A stretch of 64,000 bases of DNA, taken from an uncultured Oscillospiraceae bacterium (lineage in GTDB: Bacteria; Bacillota; Clostridia; Oscillospirales; Oscillospiraceae). The stretch is taken from the NCBI GenBank assembly GCA_964367935.1, contig CAYIYZ010000005.1, forward strand, positions 77,215 through 141,214, in the 5' to 3' direction. The position numbers were made by a program, and so were the translations under genes. The notes beneath the pieces were generated by a model that saw only the letters and a program-made list of their open reading frames with translations, ran no database searches and was not told where the DNA came from. Below, piece by piece: positions 8,676 to 19,177 of the stretch (its first letter is position 1; every line of letters begins with the position of its first letter).

Positions 8676-10508
8676 ATGAAAAAAAACGGACGTTCCTTAA
8701 TCGCTTTTTCCCTCGTGCTCATTATGATGCTCGCCATGGTACCCATGACGGCTTTGGCAGCGGCGACGGAGATTACAGAATTCTATGAACTCAGTTATGG
8801 TGCTGCAAATCAATCGATAAGTTTAAATTCAAGTGAAGAGCCCTTCTTACCTAAAACCATAATAGCCCGTTCTCCGGGATACTACACTGTTCCACTTACG
8901 TGGAGTATTGATGGTGGCGCAACATTTAGCACAGCAAGTGTTGATACTTTTACATATATTGCTGCGTCCGCTGATACAACTTTGTACACATTTGATGTTG
9001 CTATTGCTCCGAAAATTACTGTTACAGTTGGAGATGACCCTGCTAAAACTCAAGCGGTTATAACTACAAATGCCCCAACAGCAGCACTTGACAAAATCTC
9101 AACAACTGCATTCGTTGAGCCTACCTCCAATCAAGGAGCCATTCAATATGAAGTAGTTTACAGCGATGGCGTAACCACTGAATATAGAAATAGCATAATG
9201 GGATTAGGCAATTCTGGACTCTTTACGGAGAACGGTATAACCTACTATATGCATACCCCCGGCACATATGAAATTACTGCAATAGTTCCTTCTGATTCTA
9301 CAACATATGGAACACACTCCACCTATACCGCTACTGTAAATGCCGTTCCTGCCTTAACGCCACCGGCATTTGCGCCAACTTTTCCCACTGCAGCAAGTTT
9401 GAGTATAGACCCTACAGGCGTTACTTTTAGTGAGTTAACTAATGTTACCTGGGGAAGTGCCATCGACTTTATTGCGACTTCTCGTGGTATTGGTAGCTAC
9501 TGGGGAGCTTTAGATTTGATTATTCCAACCGCTGATACACCGAGCTCAGTTACCATCCCTGTAAGTGGCTTGAATCCGTCTATGTCTGTTCATGTAATTA
9601 ACTTTAACACTGATATAGGCAGCCCATTTATGAGTATTGCTGCTACTGTTTCTAATGGAAGCTTTACTTTCCCACTTGATGCATTTTTACGGAGTGACGG
9701 ACAAGCTTATTTCTACATCTCCGAGGGTGGCGCACGGGTGCCTGATCCTCCCAATCCTGTGCCGGACAATGAGACTTACAAGGTAACACTTGAAAACGGT
9801 GGTGTAGGCTCTGCGGTTAAGCCCAACGCAAGCGATGCAGGTATCTCGAAGACCGTTTTCGAGGAAGGCGACACCGCTTACGTACACGCAGGCACAAGAG
9901 CGGACGCTACTTTCGCATACTGGTACGTTTACGTGCAAAACCCCTCCACGCAGACCGTGCCGACCCTTAGCAATGACACTGACCCCATTGCCTCCTTCAC
10001 CATGCCCGCAAATGACGTTACCGTTCACGCTGTTTGGTCCGACTCCTACACCGTGACACTCGAAAACGAGGGCGTCGGCGCAACCGGTGAAGGCCCGCAC
10101 GGCGTAGAGAGCAACGTTGATATCTACAGCGGTACTCGCAGTGGTTACACTTTCTCGCATTGGACTGCGGAGATTGAAAGTGCGCAATACCCACTTGATA
10201 TGCTTTTCCCCGACCTCTCGCTGAGCGCTTTTAGTTTCGTTATGCCCGACACGAATGTCGTGCTGACAGCGCATTGGAACCCCGATAATCCCGATAACCC
10301 CGATCCAGTCAACCCCACCCCCAGCCCCGATCCCGGCGGTGATAACGTAGATATCACGGACGGCAACCCGCCCCTCGATGGGCACACCAACCCTCAGACG
10401 GGCATAGTAATTGAACCAATTATAGTTTCCTCCAATTCGAACGCTTACGATATCGTGCGCTCAGCACCCATCGTTAGAAGAGATGAGGATGAGGATGAAG
10501 TCGTCTAA
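8676..10508 (+). CDS. Secreted cell-surface protein with Listeria-Bacteroides (InlB B-repeat-like) repeats and a C-terminal NPQTG sorting motif
   Basis: Signal peptide MKKNGRSLIAFSLVLIMMLAMVPMTALA after RBS GAGGAG (start moved to 8676). Repeats of type YKVTLENGGVG...TFAYW and YTVTLENEGVG...YTFSHW. A Pro/Asp-rich stalk precedes NPQTG at 10389-10403. Confidence 0.7.
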   Translation: MKKNGRSLIAFSLVLIMMLAMVPMTALAAATEITEFYELSYGAANQSISLNSSEEPFLPKTIIARSPGYYTVPLTWSIDGGATFSTASVDTFTYIAASADTTLYTFDVAIAPKITVTVGDDPAKTQAVITTNAPTAALDKISTTAFVEPTSNQGAIQYEVVYSDGVTTEYRNSIMGLGNSGLFTENGITYYMHTPGTYEITAIVPSDSTTYGTHSTYTATVNAVPALTPPAFAPTFPTAASLSIDPTGVTFSELTNVTWGSAIDFIATSRGIGSYWGALDLIIPTADTPSSVTIPVSGLNPSMSVHVINFNTDIGSPFMSIAATVSNGSFTFPLDAFLRSDGQAYFYISEGGARVPDPPNPVPDNETYKVTLENGGVGSAVKPNASDAGISKTVFEEGDTAYVHAGTRADATFAYWYVYVQNPSTQTVPTLSNDTDPIASFTMPANDVTVHAVWSDSYTVTLENEGVGATGEGPHGVESNVDIYSGTRSGYTFSHWTAEIESAQYPLDMLFPDLSLSAFSFVMPDTNVVLTAHWNPDNPDNPDPVNPTPSPDPGGDNVDITDGNPPLDGHTNPQTGIVIEPIIVSSNSNAYDIVRSAPIVRRDEDEDEVV

Positions 10509-10601
10509 GTTATGTTAACCGACCTCTGATTAAACTTATTTCCCCCGCCATTGGCGGGGGAAATGTATATTATTATTTATTTTTGACTTGGAGAGTCGTA
10601 C

Positions 10602-11468
10602 ATGGATAAAAATAAGCTACTGAAAATCATAGTCATCTTTGCGACAGTACTCGTTATTACGCTCACATTCCTACCTGAGTCTGCGGAAACAGAGCCTGTG
10701 AGTACTGCCACGCAGAGCATTATGCCGTCTGTAGAGCCATCTGCAGTACCGTCTGCAACATCTGAGCCCACTCCATCACCGTCGCCCACGCCTGATCCCT
10801 ATGCTAAATCGGCAAGTGACGAAGTCATTGAGGATTTATCAGAGGCAATTGACAAAAACTCCGATGTTAGAGCTTGGCTTACACTTCCTAACACGGACAT
10901 AGACAGTCCCATAGTGCAGACGGACAACAATTCACATTACCTAAGCCACAATGCTGAAGGTAACTACGACCAGTGGGGTGCTTACTTTGCAGACCTCTAC
11001 GCAAACCTCGACACGCCCGAGAGCATGACGCAAAACACAGTTATCTACGGTCACACAAGTGGTACGGAAAACCCTGAGCACAAACGCTTCTCTGAACTTT
11101 TTCGTTACCTCGACGAGGATTTTCTCAGCGAGAACCCTTATATGTACCTCAGCGTCGGTGACATAGAGCTCACTTATGAGATTTGTGCAGTATTTTACTC
11201 GGACATCGGCTTTTACTACATTGATCCGGCTCCCGCCGAGCGTGATTTCAACGCCTTCTATGAGGGCATTGAAAAACGCAACGAGTATATTTTCGACGGT
11301 GAGCCTGTCAGCTCAGATGACAAGTTTCTGACCCTCTCCTGCTGCTCTTACACCTATGACTATAACGATACGGGTAACCACAGATTCGTCGTCATGGGAA
11401 AACTCGTAGCCGAGGAGCGTGAGGTAAGTTTTACGCTTAACCCCGATCCACTACGGCCACGGGCATAG
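10602..11468 (+). CDS. srtB: Class B sortase
   Basis: N-terminal TM anchor, VRAWLTLPNTDIDSPIVQ, catalytic His (VIYGHT), Cys (TLSCCSY) and Arg (NHRFVVMGKL). It lies directly downstream of an NPQTG protein. Confidence 0.85.
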   Translation: MDKNKLLKIIVIFATVLVITLTFLPESAETEPVSTATQSIMPSVEPSAVPSATSEPTPSPSPTPDPYAKSASDEVIEDLSEAIDKNSDVRAWLTLPNTDIDSPIVQTDNNSHYLSHNAEGNYDQWGAYFADLYANLDTPESMTQNTVIYGHTSGTENPEHKRFSELFRYLDEDFLSENPYMYLSVGDIELTYEICAVFYSDIGFYYIDPAPAERDFNAFYEGIEKRNEYIFDGEPVSSDDKFLTLSCCSYTYDYNDTGNHRFVVMGKLVAEEREVSFTLNPDPLRPRA

Positions 11469-11481
11469 CACAGCATATAAT

Positions 11482-11520
11482 AAAAGAGCACTGCAATCAG
11501 CAGTGCTCTTTTATTATTAT
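11482..11520. terminator. Bidirectional intrinsic terminator
   Basis: AAAAGAGCACTGCaatcaGCAGTGCTCTTTT between convergent genes. Confidence 0.8.
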
Positions 11521-11526
11521 GTTAAC

Positions 11527-12579
11527 CTATTTGCAAAGAGACATTAGGTCATCGCCCTCTTTCGCTATCCCAAGCTCTATGCCCAATGCCACGAGCTCTG
11601 CCGCCAAAGCGTCCGTTACCTCGTAGCCGGTCTCTTTTGTCTTGTCAAACTGCCTGTACTCCATCTCGCCCGGCATGAATATCTCGCTGAAGCCCTCTGC
11701 CTTCTTGCTGTTTTTCATCATGTCTATATACTCATCCGTTGAGGCCTTAAACGTATCTATGTCCATGAACTTCTCTATGTCTATAATAGCCATAGCAAAG
11801 CCTGTACCCTCATTGCCGTCACTCGTAGGTAGAGGAACCTTATTGCCATAGAGTGCGCCCGAGAGCAGTGCCGAAACCACGTCTACCATTACTCCTAAGC
11901 CATAACCCTTATGCGCAGCTATTGGTAACACCGTGTGCGCCGCTCTTGAATCTGTCGTGGGACGACCCTCACTGTCATTCGCCCAGCCCAAAGGTATGTC
12001 CTTGCCCTCACGTGCATGTGCCTGTATCTTGCCCATCGCAACCACACTCGTAGATATATCCATTACCATCGGATAATGCTTGCCCGCAGGTACCGACACT
12101 ATTATCGGGTTCGTGCCCAACAAGGAATCTGCGCCGCCAAAAGGTGCTACCGCAGTAAACGTATTGCAGCAGAGCATCAGAATAACATTGTCCTTAACCG
12201 AACGCCATCCATAATACGCGCCGCAGCCGATATTCGAGCTGTTCATGCCCGTCGCAAACGCTATGCCGTAGTCCTTTGCACGCTCCAGCATCTGATCGTA
12301 CACCTTGCATGCCGCCAAAACGCCCGAGGCATTCTTGCAGTCATAGTTAGCAACTGCCTTATTATCTTTTATTATTTCAGGCTCGCCCTTTACATTCATA
12401 GCTCCGCTCTGAAATCTACGTACGTACATCGTAAAGCGTGACAGACCATGTGAGTACACTCCGATAAAATCCGAAAACGTGACTACAGAGCCCAAAAGCT
12501 CCGCATCAGACTCGCTCATGCCCAATGCCGTTAGCATGTTTTTGCACAGTTTATTTTCCTGCTCAAATGTTAATACCAT
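11527..12579 (-). CDS. Ldh2-family (malate/L-lactate/sulfolactate-type) oxidoreductase
   Basis: 350 aa with GVYSHGLSRF, GTNPIIVSVP and AAHKGYGLG blocks typical of the Ldh_2 family. Confidence 0.75.
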   Translation of the reverse strand: MVLTFEQENKLCKNMLTALGMSESDAELLGSVVTFSDFIGVYSHGLSRFTMYVRRFQSGAMNVKGEPEIIKDNKAVANYDCKNASGVLAACKVYDQMLERAKDYGIAFATGMNSSNIGCGAYYGWRSVKDNVILMLCCNTFTAVAPFGGADSLLGTNPIIVSVPAGKHYPMVMDISTSVVAMGKIQAHAREGKDIPLGWANDSEGRPTTDSRAAHTVLPIAAHKGYGLGVMVDVVSALLSGALYGNKVPLPTSDGNEGTGFAMAIIDIEKFMDIDTFKASTDEYIDMMKNSKKAEGFSEIFMPGEMEYRQFDKTKETGYEVTDALAAELVALGIELGIAKEGDDLMSLCK

Positions 12580-12661
12580 AATCCACTCTTCCTTTCGTTT
12601 ATAGAATAACGTAGTTTAGTTTAACATTTATTTACACTTTCGTCAACTAAAACAAGTGAAC

Positions 12662-13834
12662 TTACCCATTTAGTTCGCCTATCGTATAAGTATAGCCTAT
12701 AGTCAAATTCGCACCCGAAAATGTGCCGTCTAACTTCGAGAGCACTCGCAAGTATTCCTCACTGTCCTCCTCATAGATTACGGGCCTATAGTCATTGCCT
12801 ACCTCTATGCCCGAACACGCCGCCGGTATTAGATTCAGATTCGTCACTTCCACACTGCCATCTACCTCTCGTGTCACCTCAAGCTGTGCTATAACCGTAT
12901 CATTATCCCTCGGGTCCGTATTGCCACCGAAACTCCAGTTGCCCAAACTGTAGAATATGTACTTGCCCTCATACACCTCTATAGGCTGTAATGTGTGCGA
13001 ATGCGAGCCGTACACCACGTCCGCTCCCGCATCTATGGCAGCATGTCCCAAAGATATCTGGTCCGCATTTACATCATACGAACCCTCATCGCCCCAGTGC
13101 ATCGCCGCTATGATAAAATCAGGCTCCAGCTCCTTCAACGCCGCTATGCCTGCCTCCACCTGCGCCACCGTGCCGAAACTCAGTCCGTACACGCCGATTT
13201 TAAGCCCGCTCTCCGTCTCATACACAGAGTAATGGTCACGACCGGCATATCCTATGCCCGCCGCATCTATCGCTTCCTTTGTATCCTCATAGCCCTCTTC
13301 ACCGTAGTCAAGCACGTGGTTATTGCCCAAGTTAACAAACTCCACCGAGCCCTCTGTCAATATCTCCGTATACGCCGTAGGTGCTATAAACGTAAACGTT
13401 TTATTGTCCGCCACTAAGTCCTCGTCACTCAGCACGCACTCAAAATTAGCTAAGGTGAAATCGTCATCCTCAAAATACTGCTTTGTGTTCTCAAACACAT
13501 AGGCGTAATTGTCGCCCACCACATTCTGATACGCTATGGAGCTTGACCTGTAATGCGCTACGGTATCGGGTGTTATATCGCCGATAAACGATAAATTGAA
13601 CACCTCTGCCGTCGGCTCAGGGGTCGGTATCGGTGTAGCTGTAGGCTCTGCGCTGACTACTGGCGCCTCTATCTCCACACTTGTACTCTCAGTCGGTGTA
13701 GGTGTTGCCGTCGCCCCGCTCAGCTCCGTATACTCCGATTCGCCAACTAACCTAAAACTTCCACCGAACATGACCATAAGAAACAACACAGCCATCAGTA
13801 TCGTCGGTATAGCTCGCTTATTAATCTCGCTCAC
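12662..13834 (-). CDS. CapA-family (PGA_cap metallophosphatase-like) membrane-anchored protein
   Basis: N-terminal anchor and a Pro/Thr linker, then FIGDI, NLGNNHVLDYG, HWGDEGSY, GSHSHTLQPIE and YSLGNWSFGG. The GTG start at 13834 overlaps the prfB 3' end by 14 nt, so the start is uncertain. Confidence 0.75.
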   Translation of the reverse strand: MSEINKRAIPTILMAVLFLMVMFGGSFRLVGESEYTELSGATATPTPTESTSVEIEAPVVSAEPTATPIPTPEPTAEVFNLSFIGDITPDTVAHYRSSSIAYQNVVGDNYAYVFENTKQYFEDDDFTLANFECVLSDEDLVADNKTFTFIAPTAYTEILTEGSVEFVNLGNNHVLDYGEEGYEDTKEAIDAAGIGYAGRDHYSVYETESGLKIGVYGLSFGTVAQVEAGIAALKELEPDFIIAAMHWGDEGSYDVNADQISLGHAAIDAGADVVYGSHSHTLQPIEVYEGKYIFYSLGNWSFGGNTDPRDNDTVIAQLEVTREVDGSVEVTNLNLIPAACSGIEVGNDYRPVIYEEDSEEYLRVLSKLDGTFSGANLTIGYTYTIGELNG

Positions 13835-14933
13835 CAGCCTTCATCTTTAAATATGCATTAATAAAACCATCTATGTCGCCGTCCATAACAGCGCCAATAT
13901 TGCCGTTTTCAAAGCCCGTACGTGCGTCCTTTGCCAAAGTATAGGGCATGAACACATATGAGCGTATCTGACTACCCCACTCTATTTTCATCTGCACACC
14001 CTTTATATCCGACACCTTTTCTAAACGCTCACGCTCTTTTATCTCTGCCAGACGTGACCGAAGCATCATCATGCAGTTATCCCTATTCTGAAACTGACTG
14101 CGTAACACCTGACTCGACACCACTATGCCCGTTGGCTTATGAATGAGACGTACCGCCGAACTCGTCTTATTGACCTTCTGTCCGCCCGCTCCCGAACTGC
14201 GGAACACTTGCATCTCCACATCTTCTTCCCTTATCTCTATCTCCGAACTCTCAGTTATCTCAGGCATTATCTCTATAGCCGCAAAACTCGTGTGCCTGCG
14301 CCCTGCCGTATCAAAAGGCGAAACCCTCACCAAACGATGTACGCCATTCTCACTCTTTAAAAATCCATACGCATTCTCGCCCTCTATGCGCAAAGTCGCA
14401 GACTTTAGTCCAGCCTCCTCACCGTCTAACCAGTCGAGCAAGGTGTAGGTGTACCCATGACGCTCCGCCCAACGTGTATACATGCGGTACAACATATACG
14501 CCCAGTCTTGTGCCTCTGTGCCACCGGCTCCTGCATGCACCGTCATTATCGCATTATTGCCGTCATACTCGCCCGACAATAAAGTCGCTAGGCGCATTGC
14601 CTCCAAATTCGCCTCAAACACCGCAAAGTCACTCTTTAACTCACCTGACATGGAATCGTCATTTTCCTCCAATGCCATCTCGCAAATAGTGCATAAGTCC
14701 TCCCACTTCGCCTGAAGCTTCTCAAAGCTATCGCATTTCTGCTTTAACTGCTTTATCCTCTTTTGGACCTTACCGCTTCGTTCAACGTCTGACCAAAAGC
14801 CGTCCGTCTCAGTCTCCCGTTCTAAGTCCGAGATCTCTTTTTTCAGCTCATCAAGCATCAGCGCAGCTCCCAATTCTTCAAGAGTTGGCTTGAGTGCCCC
14901 AAGCTTTACTTTGTATTCGTCAAATATTATCAT
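13821..14933 (-). CDS. prfB: Peptide chain release factor 2, encoded in one uninterrupted frame
   Basis: SPF motif (VRVSPFDTAGRRHTSFA) and GGQ motif (SGAGGQKVNKTSSAVRL). 370 aa from a single ORF. Confidence 0.95.
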   Translation of the reverse strand: MIIFDEYKVKLGALKPTLEELGAALMLDELKKEISDLERETETDGFWSDVERSGKVQKRIKQLKQKCDSFEKLQAKWEDLCTICEMALEENDDSMSGELKSDFAVFEANLEAMRLATLLSGEYDGNNAIMTVHAGAGGTEAQDWAYMLYRMYTRWAERHGYTYTLLDWLDGEEAGLKSATLRIEGENAYGFLKSENGVHRLVRVSPFDTAGRRHTSFAAIEIMPEITESSEIEIREEDVEMQVFRSSGAGGQKVNKTSSAVRLIHKPTGIVVSSQVLRSQFQNRDNCMMMLRSRLAEIKERERLEKVSDIKGVQMKIEWGSQIRSYVFMPYTLAKDARTGFENGNIGAVMDGDIDGFINAYLKMKAGERD

Positions 14934-15044
14934 GTTTTTCCATCCTCTATATGAAATGTTCCATAAATATACTACTTAAATCTGTGATTTATTATATACA
15001 AAAACCTAAAGCTTGTAAATATGGTAAAGTTCAGACTTTTTTCG

Positions 15045-15072
15045 TTGAAATTGCCGCATTCTTTGTTATAAT
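15045..15072 (+). promoter_or_regulatory. Sigma-70-type promoter for prs-pth
   Basis: TTGAAA (15045-15050), 16-nt spacer, TATAAT (15067-15072). Confidence 0.5.
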
Positions 15073-15137
15073 ATAACACGAGAGATATAATATGCTCAAC
15101 AATAACCATAAATTAACAGTGGGAGGAAGATTAAAAA

Positions 15138-16097
15138 GTGATTTCGCACACAAATGAAGCAAAGGTGTTTGCCGGTAACTCTAATCCTAAGCTGGCTGCC
15201 GCCATTTGCGAGAGATTGGACAAGTCTTTGGGTAACTGTGAGGTATCAGCCTTCGCAGACGGTGAAGTTGCCATGCACCTAGGTGAGCCTGTTAGAGGTA
15301 CTGACGCATTTATTGTACAGTCCACCTGCAAGCCCGTCAACGACAACCTCATGGAGCTCTTAGTCATGATCGACGCTATGCGTAGAGCTTCCGCAGGACG
15401 TATCACTGCCGTTATACCCTACTTCGGATACGCAAGACAAGATAGAAAGTCAAAATCACGTGACCCCATATCCGCAAAACTTGTCGCTAACCTCATCACA
15501 AAAGCCGGTGCGGACAGAGTCCTCACCATGGATCTTCACGCTGCACAAATCCAAGGCTTTTTCGACATCCCCGTCGATAACCTCTACGGTGCACCTATAC
15601 TTGCAAACTACTATAAGCGTCTTTTCGGGCGTGGCAACGATGACTACATAGTCGTTTCCCCCGATGTCGGCAGTGTTGCTCGTGCTCGTGCCTTTGCAGA
15701 AAAACTTGACATGAACCTCGCTATTGTTGATAAACGTAGGCAGCGTGCTAATCAATCAGAAGTCATGAACATCATAGGCGATGTAACTAACAAAAATGTC
15801 ATACTACTCGATGACATGGTCGATACCGCAGGCAGCCTGTGTCACGCGGCTAAGGCTCTATCTGATGGTGGTGCTAACAAAATTTACGCCTGTGCTACAC
15901 ACGGTGTTTTGTCTGGACCTGCTATCAAGCGTATTCAGGACAGTGTCATTGAGGAGCTTGTTCTTATGGACACTATTCCCTACCCCGACAACAAACCGCC
16001 CTGCAGCAAAATTAAATATCTGTCCGTTGCTTCGCTTTTCGCTGAAGCAATAGCCAGAATTTATGAAGAAGTCTCAATCTCACCTCTATTTGAGTAA
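15138..16097 (+). CDS. prs: Ribose-phosphate pyrophosphokinase
   Basis: GTG start after GGGAGGAAG. Blocks are VIPYFGYARQDRK, DLHAAQIQGFFDIPVDNL and the PRPP-binding loop ILLDDMVDTAGS. Confidence 0.95.
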   Translation: MISHTNEAKVFAGNSNPKLAAAICERLDKSLGNCEVSAFADGEVAMHLGEPVRGTDAFIVQSTCKPVNDNLMELLVMIDAMRRASAGRITAVIPYFGYARQDRKSKSRDPISAKLVANLITKAGADRVLTMDLHAAQIQGFFDIPVDNLYGAPILANYYKRLFGRGNDDYIVVSPDVGSVARARAFAEKLDMNLAIVDKRRQRANQSEVMNIIGDVTNKNVILLDDMVDTAGSLCHAAKALSDGGANKIYACATHGVLSGPAIKRIQDSVIEELVLMDTIPYPDNKPPCSKIKYLSVASLFAEAIARIYEEVSISPLFE

Positions 16098-16114
16098 ACA
16101 CTAAGGAGTGTGCT

Positions 16115-16705
16115 ATGTTTTTCAAGAGAAGCGGTACCTACAAGTATATTATCGTTTTCTTGGGTAACCCGGGCAAGAAATACGAAAAAACACGCCATAA
16201 TGTGGGCTTTATGGTGGCGGAATCTTTGGCGTCCTCTAAAGGCTTGAAAATAAACAAAATTAAGTTCAAGTCCCTTACAGAACGCTGCACCATTGGCGGT
16301 GAGACCTGCCTTTTGCTTCTGCCCCAAACCTACATGAACCTTTCCGGTGAAGCTGTACTGCAAGCATCTAATTATTACGACATAGCTCCTGAAAATATAA
16401 TAGTGATTTCAGATGAAACTTCACTGCCTGTTGGTAAAATCAGGATACGTAAGAGCGGCTCTGCCGGCGGACACAACGGACTAAAAAGTATAATTTCAAA
16501 GCTCGGTACTAATAATTTCCCCAGAATGCGTATAGGCGTAGGAAGTCCCGTGCATGAAGACTACGACATGGCAGATTGGGTTTTAGCTGGCTTTACAGGC
16601 GAAGACGCAAAGGTAATAAAAGCCACTGTTGAGCGTAGTGTATCGGCGATCGAAGTTTACATAACTCAAGGCGCTGACCAAGCTATGTCACAGTTTAACG
16701 CATAA
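16115..16705 (+). CDS. pth: Peptidyl-tRNA hydrolase
   Basis: FLGNPGKKYEKTRHNVGF and GGHNGLKSI motifs. RBS AAGGAG. Confidence 0.95.
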   Translation: MFFKRSGTYKYIIVFLGNPGKKYEKTRHNVGFMVAESLASSKGLKINKIKFKSLTERCTIGGETCLLLLPQTYMNLSGEAVLQASNYYDIAPENIIVISDETSLPVGKIRIRKSGSAGGHNGLKSIISKLGTNNFPRMRIGVGSPVHEDYDMADWVLAGFTGEDAKVIKATVERSVSAIEVYITQGADQAMSQFNA

Positions 16706-16808
16706 ATTGTTTTACGGCACTTTCGGTTTTAAATCAAGTTCGCACTATACCCCCTCATGGCAAGGCATTCCCCATAGTGAAACGTACTAAAGTGAAGGAG
16801 TGATAAAT

Positions 16809-18005
16809 TTGAACACTAACTGCATTGCAATGCTATTAGCAGGTGGACAGGGCTCAAGGCTCTACGCACTCACAAAGCAAGTCGCAAAACCCAGCGTACC
16901 TTTCGGAGGTAAGTATCGTATTATCGACTTCCCTCTATCAAACTGCGCAAACTCGGGAATTGATGTAGTGGGCGTTTTGACTCAGTACAAGCCCCTGCAA
17001 CTAAACAGTTACATAGGTAGCGGTCAGGCTTATGACCTGGACAGCTCCGATGGTGGGGTGTTCATTTTACCTCCCTATCAACGTGAGGGAGAGCAAGGCA
17101 GCTGGTTTACCGGTACTGCCAACGCCATTTACCAAAACTTAGATTTTATTAAGCTCTATAATCCGGAGCACGTTCTTATTCTGTCCGGAGACCACATCTA
17201 CAAAATGGATTACTCAGATATGCTCGCAGAGCATGTGAAGGCAAATGCCGACTGCACTATAGCTACCATTACCGTGAGCTTAGAGGATGCATCTCGCTTC
17301 GGTATTCTTAACACAGGTGAGGATGGCTTTATCAATGAGTTTGAAGAAAAGCCGGAAGTCCCTAAAAGTCAGCTCGCCTCCATGGGTATATACATCTTTA
17401 AGTGGCAAAAACTCAGAGACTACCTCATAGCCGACGAAGCTGACCCGAAATCCTCTAAGGATTTCGGCAAGAACATCATTCCAGCTATGCTCGAAGCCGG
17501 CGAGCGCATGTGGCCATATCGTTTCTCGGGCTACTGGCGCGATGTCGGTACTATCACGAGCTTATGGGATGCTAATATGGACATGCTATCCACCACGCTT
17601 ATTAATCTTTACGATCCGGACTGGCCTATCAGGGCTAAGAGCCCCATTAGACCGCCGCACTATGCCGGAAGAGATGCCATCATAGAACATTCTATAGTCA
17701 CGGAAGGCTGTGAGGTTGAAGGACATGTACAAAACTCTGTTTTGTCACATTCTGTCACTGTGGGTCACAACGCTAAAGTTTGTTACAGCATCTTGATGCC
17801 CGGCGCTATCATTGAGGACGGTGCCGAAGTAATGTACTCTATCATAGGAGAGAACACAAGGATTCGCTCAGGCGCTGTTGTCGGCGAGGAGCCGGGTGCT
17901 GAAAGTTGGGGCGTTACCACTTGTGGACCTGAGCTCACTGTTGGCGAGAATGTTAAGGTGCCTGCGGGATCTATGATTTACGGAAATGTAGGTGATGCAC
18001 TATGA
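16809..18005 (+). CDS. glgC: Glucose-1-phosphate adenylyltransferase
   Basis: [10 protein letters not shown] and [15 protein letters not shown], plus a C-terminal left-handed beta-helix. The start is placed at TTG 16809, 8 nt after AAGGAG at 16795-16800. The track's GTG at 16800 overlaps the RBS. Confidence 0.9.
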   Translation: MNTNCIAMLLAGGQGSRLYALTKQVAKPSVPFGGKYRIIDFPLSNCANSGIDVVGVLTQYKPLQLNSYIGSGQAYDLDSSDGGVFILPPYQREGEQGSWFTGTANAIYQNLDFIKLYNPEHVLILSGDHIYKMDYSDMLAEHVKANADCTIATITVSLEDASRFGILNTGEDGFINEFEEKPEVPKSQLASMGIYIFKWQKLRDYLIADEADPKSSKDFGKNIIPAMLEAGERMWPYRFSGYWRDVGTITSLWDANMDMLSTTLINLYDPDWPIRAKSPIRPPHYAGRDAIIEHSIVTEGCEVEGHVQNSVLSHSVTVGHNAKVCYSILMPGAIIEDGAEVMYSIIGENTRIRSGAVVGEEPGAESWGVTTCGPELTVGENVKVPAGSMIYGNVGDAL

Positions 18006-19114
18006 ACCTGAATTTACATGGTATTATTCTGGCATATCACTCCTCACCCGCTTTGGGCGAACTGGTCCGATTTCGTTCGGGAGCATCCCTTCCTTTTTGT
18101 GGTAGGTATAGGCTTATCGACTTCCCCCTGTCTTGTATGCAAGGTGCTGGCGTACGTGATATCGGTGTCATTATGCGCCATGAGTACCAATCCTTGCTCG
18201 ACCATGTTGGTAGCGGAAAGGACTGGGATCTCAGTCGAAAGCATGGAGGTCTTAAGCTCCTCCCACCGTTTTCCAAGCACGATGCAGAAAGCTATGGCGG
18301 TGTAATCGAAGCACTGTGCAGAGTTGAAAGCTACATACGTGACATAGAGCAAGACTACATCATGTTAGCACGTGGTGACGTTGTTGCTAACGTAGATATT
18401 GGCGCTGTCATGGACATGCATTTGCTCAGCGAGGCTGACATTACCGCTGTCTGCACAAATATGCCCAACGAGGACATGACAGAACGTTATATCAGAGATG
18501 AGAGTGGAATGGTCACAGAGATCCAGTACGGTAAGTCAGATACCGGTAATGACGTATGCGCTCCTATAGAGATGTATATTATGTCAAAGTCCTTAGTACT
18601 TAGTATAATTGAATCTTCAGAGCGACTGCAAAGATTTAGATTTCACAGAGACATGATGTCTCGACTCTTAGGTAGGGACGGTAAGGTTTCAGTTTACATG
18701 CATAATGGTTACTCGAAACTCATAAGCTCAACGGCGAGCTATTACAGCGCGAACATGGATGTGCTCGGTAGCGAGGTTCGAAAAAGCTTGTTCCCGAAGC
18801 ATATGCCCGTTAAAACTAAGGGGCGTGCTGATGTTAGCACATATTACGGTGAGCGTGCCAAGGTCGTCAATAGCCTCATTGCAGACGGTTGTATCATTGA
18901 GGGGCATGTTGAAAACAGCGTTGTTTTCCGTGGTGCTCGCATAGGAGTCGGAGCTGTTGTAAAAGACAGTGTTATTATGCAAGATGATGTCATCGGCGAA
19001 GGTGTAGAGCTAAGAAATGTCATCGCCGACAAGGACGTCGAATTTTCGACTTACCTCACCTTGGCAGGCAGTCCTAGACTACCTCTCATCGCACCTAAGG
19101 GCAGCAGAATATAA
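18002..19114 (+). CDS. glgD: Glucose-1-phosphate adenylyltransferase regulatory subunit
   Basis: A GlgC paralogue ([13 protein letters not shown]) lacking the GGxGxRL loop. ATGA overlap with glgC, as in the Firmicute glgCD arrangement. Confidence 0.85.
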   Translation: MNLNLHGIILAYHSSPALGELVRFRSGASLPFCGRYRLIDFPLSCMQGAGVRDIGVIMRHEYQSLLDHVGSGKDWDLSRKHGGLKLLPPFSKHDAESYGGVIEALCRVESYIRDIEQDYIMLARGDVVANVDIGAVMDMHLLSEADITAVCTNMPNEDMTERYIRDESGMVTEIQYGKSDTGNDVCAPIEMYIMSKSLVLSIIESSERLQRFRFHRDMMSRLLGRDGKVSVYMHNGYSKLISSTASYYSANMDVLGSEVRKSLFPKHMPVKTKGRADVSTYYGERAKVVNSLIADGCIIEGHVENSVVFRGARIGVGAVVKDSVIMQDDVIGEGVELRNVIADKDVEFSTYLTLAGSPRLPLIAPKGSRI

Positions 19115-19177
19115 GTATAATTTTTGACCGCAGCTGCGGTCGCAAAAAAAACGGTTTAAAGTGAAGGAGGTTAGGTA

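Noticed and set aside
9687-10390. 232-aa and 81-aa minus-strand ORFs inside the surface-protein gene
   Set aside because: They are antisense to a well-supported secreted repeat protein, with no RBS and a Gly/Val/Arg-rich composition typical of antisense frames.
10542-10560. GC hairpin CCCCCGCCattGGCGGGGG after the surface-protein gene as a terminator
   Set aside because: It has no U-tract on either strand, so I did not call it a terminator. It may attenuate transcription, but it probably allows read-through into srtB.
12016-13417. Plus-strand ORFs (141, 140, 91 aa) opposite the Ldh2 and CapA genes
   Set aside because: They are Arg/His/Cys-rich antisense translations nested in genes with clear family motifs.
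19121-19150. Palindrome TTTTTGACCGCAGCTGCGGTCGCAAAAAAAA between glgD and glgP
   Set aside because: The T-run is on the wrong side for a plus-strand terminator, and there is no minus-strand gene to terminate. It may be an RNA stability element, but there is no evidence for that.
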